Shown here in pieces: positions 60,420-64,000 of a stretch of 64,000 nucleotides of DNA (position 1 is the first letter of the stretch; each line of letters starts with the position of its first letter). A program made the translations under genes and the position numbers. Below the pieces are notes generated by a model, which was not told where the DNA came from, did not search any database, and was given only the letters and a program-made list of their open reading frames with translations. Source of the DNA: an uncultured Verrucomicrobiae bacterium. Its GTDB lineage: Bacteria > Verrucomicrobiota > Verrucomicrobiia > Chthoniobacterales > JAFAMB01. Location of the stretch: the NCBI GenBank assembly GCA_963837955.1, contig CAWIPH010000002.1, positions 2,656,001-2,720,000 on the forward strand, written 5' to 3'.

Positions 60420-61364
60420 GTGGATCTCAACCGTATACCACCGGCTCTGTTACAGACTTTCTTGGTAGTTGCTGAAGCTGGCCAAATCTCGGAAGCAGCT
60501 CGGCGGCTTCATCTCTCCCAACCGGCCGTTACCGGGCAGATCCGTAGATTGGAAGCCGACCTGGAAACAACCCTCTTCATCCGCTCAGCCCAAGGCGTGT
60601 CGTTGACCCCTCGAGGAGCTACTCTCCGAGAACGACTGCAAGATGTCTTTGCTGAGCTTGAACAGATTTTGCAGGACCTGGATCAGACGCGCGAAGTAAC
60701 TGGAATTGTGACTCTTGCAGCCAGCACAACTCTGGCGCGATATTTTGTGCCCAGGATTTTTATTCGCTTCCATCATTACTACCCGGCAGCTGCTCTTCAT
60801 CTAATTGTGGGAAATACGGAAGAAGTGCTGGAGCATCTTCGACAACATAGGGTTGGACTCGGTCTGGTCGAGGGCCATCAGCGGAGTCCGGGTGTGCGCC
60901 TGGAGCCATTCATGCCTGATGAAATCCTTCCGGTTTGTGCCGCTCGAATTTCTGACCCAAAGCTCCGCCGCGCAATTGAAGGAGTGAAGTCGGTTCGAGA
61001 CCTTGAGACTCTGCCACTAATTTGGCGCGAGTCTGGAGCAGGTACGCGAACGGTGGTTGAAAGCGTATTGAAGGAAGGCGGAGTGAACCCGAAGAAGTTG
61101 GATCAGCGTTATGAATTGGGAAGCACTGAAGCCATCAAATCGCTGGTCGTGGCCGGTCTCGGTGTGGGCTTTTTTTCCTGTTGGGAAATCCAACAGGAAA
61201 TTGCCAGGGGGCTGGTACGACAAATGAACGTCCCTGGTCTGCGCATCGAGCGGATGTTCTCTTGGGGCCTCCCCAGTGGCGAACTTGGCGGGCTCCCGGC
61301 CGAGTTCTACCGGTTCGCCAATTCCATTCGAAGCGAGCTATCCACAGTTAGCGTTCGCATATAG
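60420..61364 (+). CDS. LysR-family regulator (CysL-like)
   Basis: ISEAARRLHLSQPAVT.QI..LE; RESGAGTR; LGSTEAIK. Confidence 0.92.
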   Translation: MDLNRIPPALLQTFLVVAEAGQISEAARRLHLSQPAVTGQIRRLEADLETTLFIRSAQGVSLTPRGATLRERLQDVFAELEQILQDLDQTREVTGIVTLAASTTLARYFVPRIFIRFHHYYPAAALHLIVGNTEEVLEHLRQHRVGLGLVEGHQRSPGVRLEPFMPDEILPVCAARISDPKLRRAIEGVKSVRDLETLPLIWRESGAGTRTVVESVLKEGGVNPKKLDQRYELGSTEAIKSLVVAGLGVGFFSCWEIQQEIARGLVRQMNVPGLRIERMFSWGLPSGELGGLPAEFYRFANSIRSELSTVSVRI

Positions 61365-61380
61365 CAGCCCGACTACGTCC

Positions 61381-61541
61381 GGCGGCTGCCCATGCGCTAA
61401 GTTAAGGGTGCTGATGTCTGGTTCTCTGCCCCGAAGGGACGGGGAGGGATCGCGTCCTCGCGATCCGCGGCGCACGAGGACGTGCGCCCTCCCCGAGAGA
61501 ACCAGACATCCCTCTTACCTTGACGCGCATGGGCGGCTGCC
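61381..61541. repeat. Nested palindromic element (outer GCCCATGCGC IR, inner GGAGGG REP doublet)
   Basis: GCCCATGCGC...GATGTCTGGTTCTCT / AGAGAACCAGACATC...GCGCATGGGC enclosing CGGGGAGGG...CCCTCCCCG. Confidence 0.75.
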
Positions 61542-61680
61542 AGGGCGCGGCGAACTTTATAAGGTTCACGAGCTCTCGACAAGGGCTACTAAGGCCTATC
61601 AGCCGGCCTGATATGCGATCGAAATATCCGATTACCCCCTCTAAGTGACCGGGATGACATTGCCACAAGAAAGGTTGTTT

Positions 61681-62250
61681 ATGAGATTACTTAAGGGTTC
61701 ACTTGCTGGCCTGGTTTTAGCCGGCATTCTAGCAATCACGCCCACGGCCGCATTCGCTGGCGGCGGCCATTTTGGTGGTGGTGGAGGCGGTGGGCATTTC
61801 GGCGGTGGGGGTGGCGGCCATTTTGGGGGCGGTGGGGGCCATTTTGGCGGCGGACATTTCGTTGGCGCCTCACATGTCGGGGGAGGCCATTTTGACAGGG
61901 CTGGTGGTCATGATTTCGAGTTTCGCGACCGCGACCACTTTAGGCACTTTGGAGGGTTTTTTGGGTTTGGCGATCCCTACTGGTACGGATATCCCTATTC
62001 GTATGATCCGTACTACGGCTACTACAGCGACTACTACGGTGGACAAACCTACTCGGCTGAGGATCTTTCAAGTCAGACCGTTGTTGCTGTGCAGAAGGAG
62101 CTGACTCAACTCGGTTATTATCACGGTCAGATCGATGGCGTGATTGGCGCGGAAACGCAAAAAGCGATTCGCTGGTTCCAATCGGTCAATAAGGTACCTG
62201 TCACCGGACAGATCGACGATCCCACATTGAGGGCGTTGCAGATCACTTGA
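61681..62250 (+). CDS. Secreted Gly-rich protein with C-terminal peptidoglycan-binding (PG_binding_1) domain
   Basis: Signal peptide; GGGHF repeats; Tyr-rich tract; VQKEL..LGYY.G.IDG..G..T..AI..FQ. Confidence 0.88.
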   Translation: MRLLKGSLAGLVLAGILAITPTAAFAGGGHFGGGGGGGHFGGGGGGHFGGGGGHFGGGHFVGASHVGGGHFDRAGGHDFEFRDRDHFRHFGGFFGFGDPYWYGYPYSYDPYYGYYSDYYGGQTYSAEDLSSQTVVAVQKELTQLGYYHGQIDGVIGAETQKAIRWFQSVNKVPVTGQIDDPTLRALQIT

Positions 62251-62490
62251 CCGCACAGAATTGAACGCTTGACTCTGTAATTCGATAAGACTCTGCGGGG
62301 AAGCATCTCCGCAGAGTTTTTTTACAGGTGGGAAATTTCTCCCGATCGAAAAAACAGTTCTGGGTCATCCCGGGTAGGCTTGACCAAACACCCACGCCGG
62401 CACGTTTATTCGCCGTACCATCTCCGGTATTCCGAACTCGACGAAATTTGCTTTCCGCCCTCGGCATGGCATATCAATGCCTCCGACGAC

Positions 62491-63408
62491 ATGCTCTTCC
62501 GCATTTCTCACCAGACCGACTACCACTATCCAACCCCGGTCGCGGAAGCATATCTCGAACTGCGGCTCACTCCTCTAAGTCGCCGTGATCAGATAGTGAA
62601 ACGACATGCACTGGTTATTGAGCCGAACGTCCAAATTTCAAATTACGAAGACTATTTCGGGAACCAAGTCTCCTTCATTTCCCTGCCGTTTAGACACTTG
62701 CGGCTCAGGATTTCCAGCGAGGCGCTGGTGGCAACAACCCGGCCTCCTCTGCCAGTAGAGTGCCTCGAACTATCCATCCAGGAATCACGTCAAATATTAG
62801 CCTCCGCTTTGCCATTCGTGTACGATTATTTACAGCCTACCGAGATGGTGAAAATAAGTCGGGAAGCGGCCCAATGGGCGCGACGATATCTTAGCGGGCG
62901 GGTGGTTCTTCGGAAGGGCCTCGAAGAGTTGAATCATGCGATCTGGGAATCATTCGAGTACCAGAAAGGCTCAACCGAATTTTCCACGGATCTTTCCGTT
63001 GTTTGGAAACAGCGGCGAGGTGTTTGCCAAGACTTTGCGCACGTGATGCTGAGCGTTCTGCGCATAGCGGGTCTGCCTTCCCGGTATGTCTGTGGCTACA
63101 TCGAAACAGCCCTGCCGGAGAGTGTTGATTCCCGGGCTCCGCGATTGGTTGGCTCCATTGCCACGCACGCCTGGGTGGAAACCTTCGTCCCAGGTCAGAC
63201 TTGGGTGGCCCTTGACCCGACGAACAATCGCTGGTGCGGCGAGCAGCATATCGCTGTCTCATTCGGTCGGGACGCGAGAGATGCCGCCCCCGTGCACGGC
63301 ACCTTCAAAGGCGGAGGCAAACAATCCCTGAAAGTCCGCGTTAAAGTGAGACGGCTACGCGAACCGGCCGTCGAACGCAAAAAGAACTCTTTGCCGGCAA
63401 TCGGTTGA
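62491..63408 (+). CDS. Transglutaminase-family protein with Bact_transglu_N domain
   Basis: I.H.T.Y.Y, DYFGN, GVCQDFAH, RYVCGY, HAWVE, DPTN. Confidence 0.93.
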   Translation: MLFRISHQTDYHYPTPVAEAYLELRLTPLSRRDQIVKRHALVIEPNVQISNYEDYFGNQVSFISLPFRHLRLRISSEALVATTRPPLPVECLELSIQESRQILASALPFVYDYLQPTEMVKISREAAQWARRYLSGRVVLRKGLEELNHAIWESFEYQKGSTEFSTDLSVVWKQRRGVCQDFAHVMLSVLRIAGLPSRYVCGYIETALPESVDSRAPRLVGSIATHAWVETFVPGQTWVALDPTNNRWCGEQHIAVSFGRDARDAAPVHGTFKGGGKQSLKVRVKVRRLREPAVERKKNSLPAIG

Positions 63409-63416
63409 CCCTGCTT

Positions 63417-64000
63417 ATGCGTGTCCAAATCGAGAACTGGATGAGATACACTTACGAGAAGCCGGTTAGCTTCTCGCCCCACAAAGTTCGTCTCTACCCG
63501 CGGACCGATCCGACGATCGTTACTCACCGATTACAAACGCTCGCTAATATTCCGGCAGATGTTCAATACCGGCGGGATCTTTATGACAACCTGATTGCTA
63601 ATTGTTTCTTCACGGAGCCGGCCAAAACATTGGAACTAAGGATCCAGCTTGAAGTCGAACTGTCGCCGAGGAACCCATTCCACTTCTTATTGGCTCCCTA
63701 TGCCGTAGAACTCCCGTTCAGTTACACCGAAACAGAAGCGAGAGTCTTAGCGCCGTACCTTGAGACTCTGGCAGCGGATGAAGTCGACTCGGATGAAATC
63801 TGGCGATTCGAAGGGAAGCGAAGCACGGTCGATACCCTGGTTGATTTAGCTGGCACGTTGCATTCCGAGATCAGTTACGAGGTACGGGATGACGGCGAAG
63901 CGCGGCCTCCGTCGCGTACGCTGGAATTACGGTCCGGAGCCTGTCGTGATACTGCCCTCCTGGCAGCATCCATCATACGCAAAATGGGATTGGCTGTTCG
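63417..64000 (+). CDS. Second transglutaminase-family protein (runs off window)
   Basis: MRVQIENWMRYTYEKPVSFSPHKVRLYPR...NPFHF...GACRDTA. Confidence 0.85.
   Translation, partial: MRVQIENWMRYTYEKPVSFSPHKVRLYPRTDPTIVTHRLQTLANIPADVQYRRDLYDNLIANCFFTEPAKTLELRIQLEVELSPRNPFHFLLAPYAVELPFSYTETEARVLAPYLETLAADEVDSDEIWRFEGKRSTVDTLVDLAGTLHSEISYEVRDDGEARPPSRTLELRSGACRDTALLAASIIRKMGLAV

Noticed and set aside
62467..62480. Sigma54 promoter TGGCATATCAATGC before the transglutaminase
   Set aside because: GG-GC spacing is 9 nt, not the required 10.

Overview
A 64-kb bacterial chromosomal segment, probably from a soil Verrucomicrobiota (Chthoniobacterales-like) genome. That assignment is inferred from the PEP-CTERM protein, the ECF-sigma/Ser-Thr-kinase pair, the Gly-rich peptidoglycan-binding protein and the intergenic repeat style. 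The first ~13 kb is an accessory mosaic: a PEP-CTERM/S74-chaperone fibre locus with collapsed and duplicated remnants, SDR/ArsR, an AT-rich ArsR-SRPBCC-YdeI block containing a solitary attC-like site, a cupin, a truncated gene and a secreted glycoside hydrolase. The rest is mostly housekeeping or regulatory: ppc, rcnA/rcnR, pncA, ECF42-YciI, DUF1326/DUF2182/O-methyltransferase, LytS/LytTR, a Fur-boxed beta-barrel, recQ, TPP riboswitch-thiC, ECF-STK, Hsp70-like, aspartyl protease-PDZ, RnfD-like/DUF2330, nadB, panC, treS, gdhA, CP-ATP-grasp/alpha-E, prpE, LysR and two transglutaminases. Intergenic DNA is dense in several families of REP/REPIN/MITE-like palindromes, some nested in one another. 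I found no rRNA, tRNA, CRISPR array, transposase or integrase. All calls come from reading motifs by eye; no database search was run.
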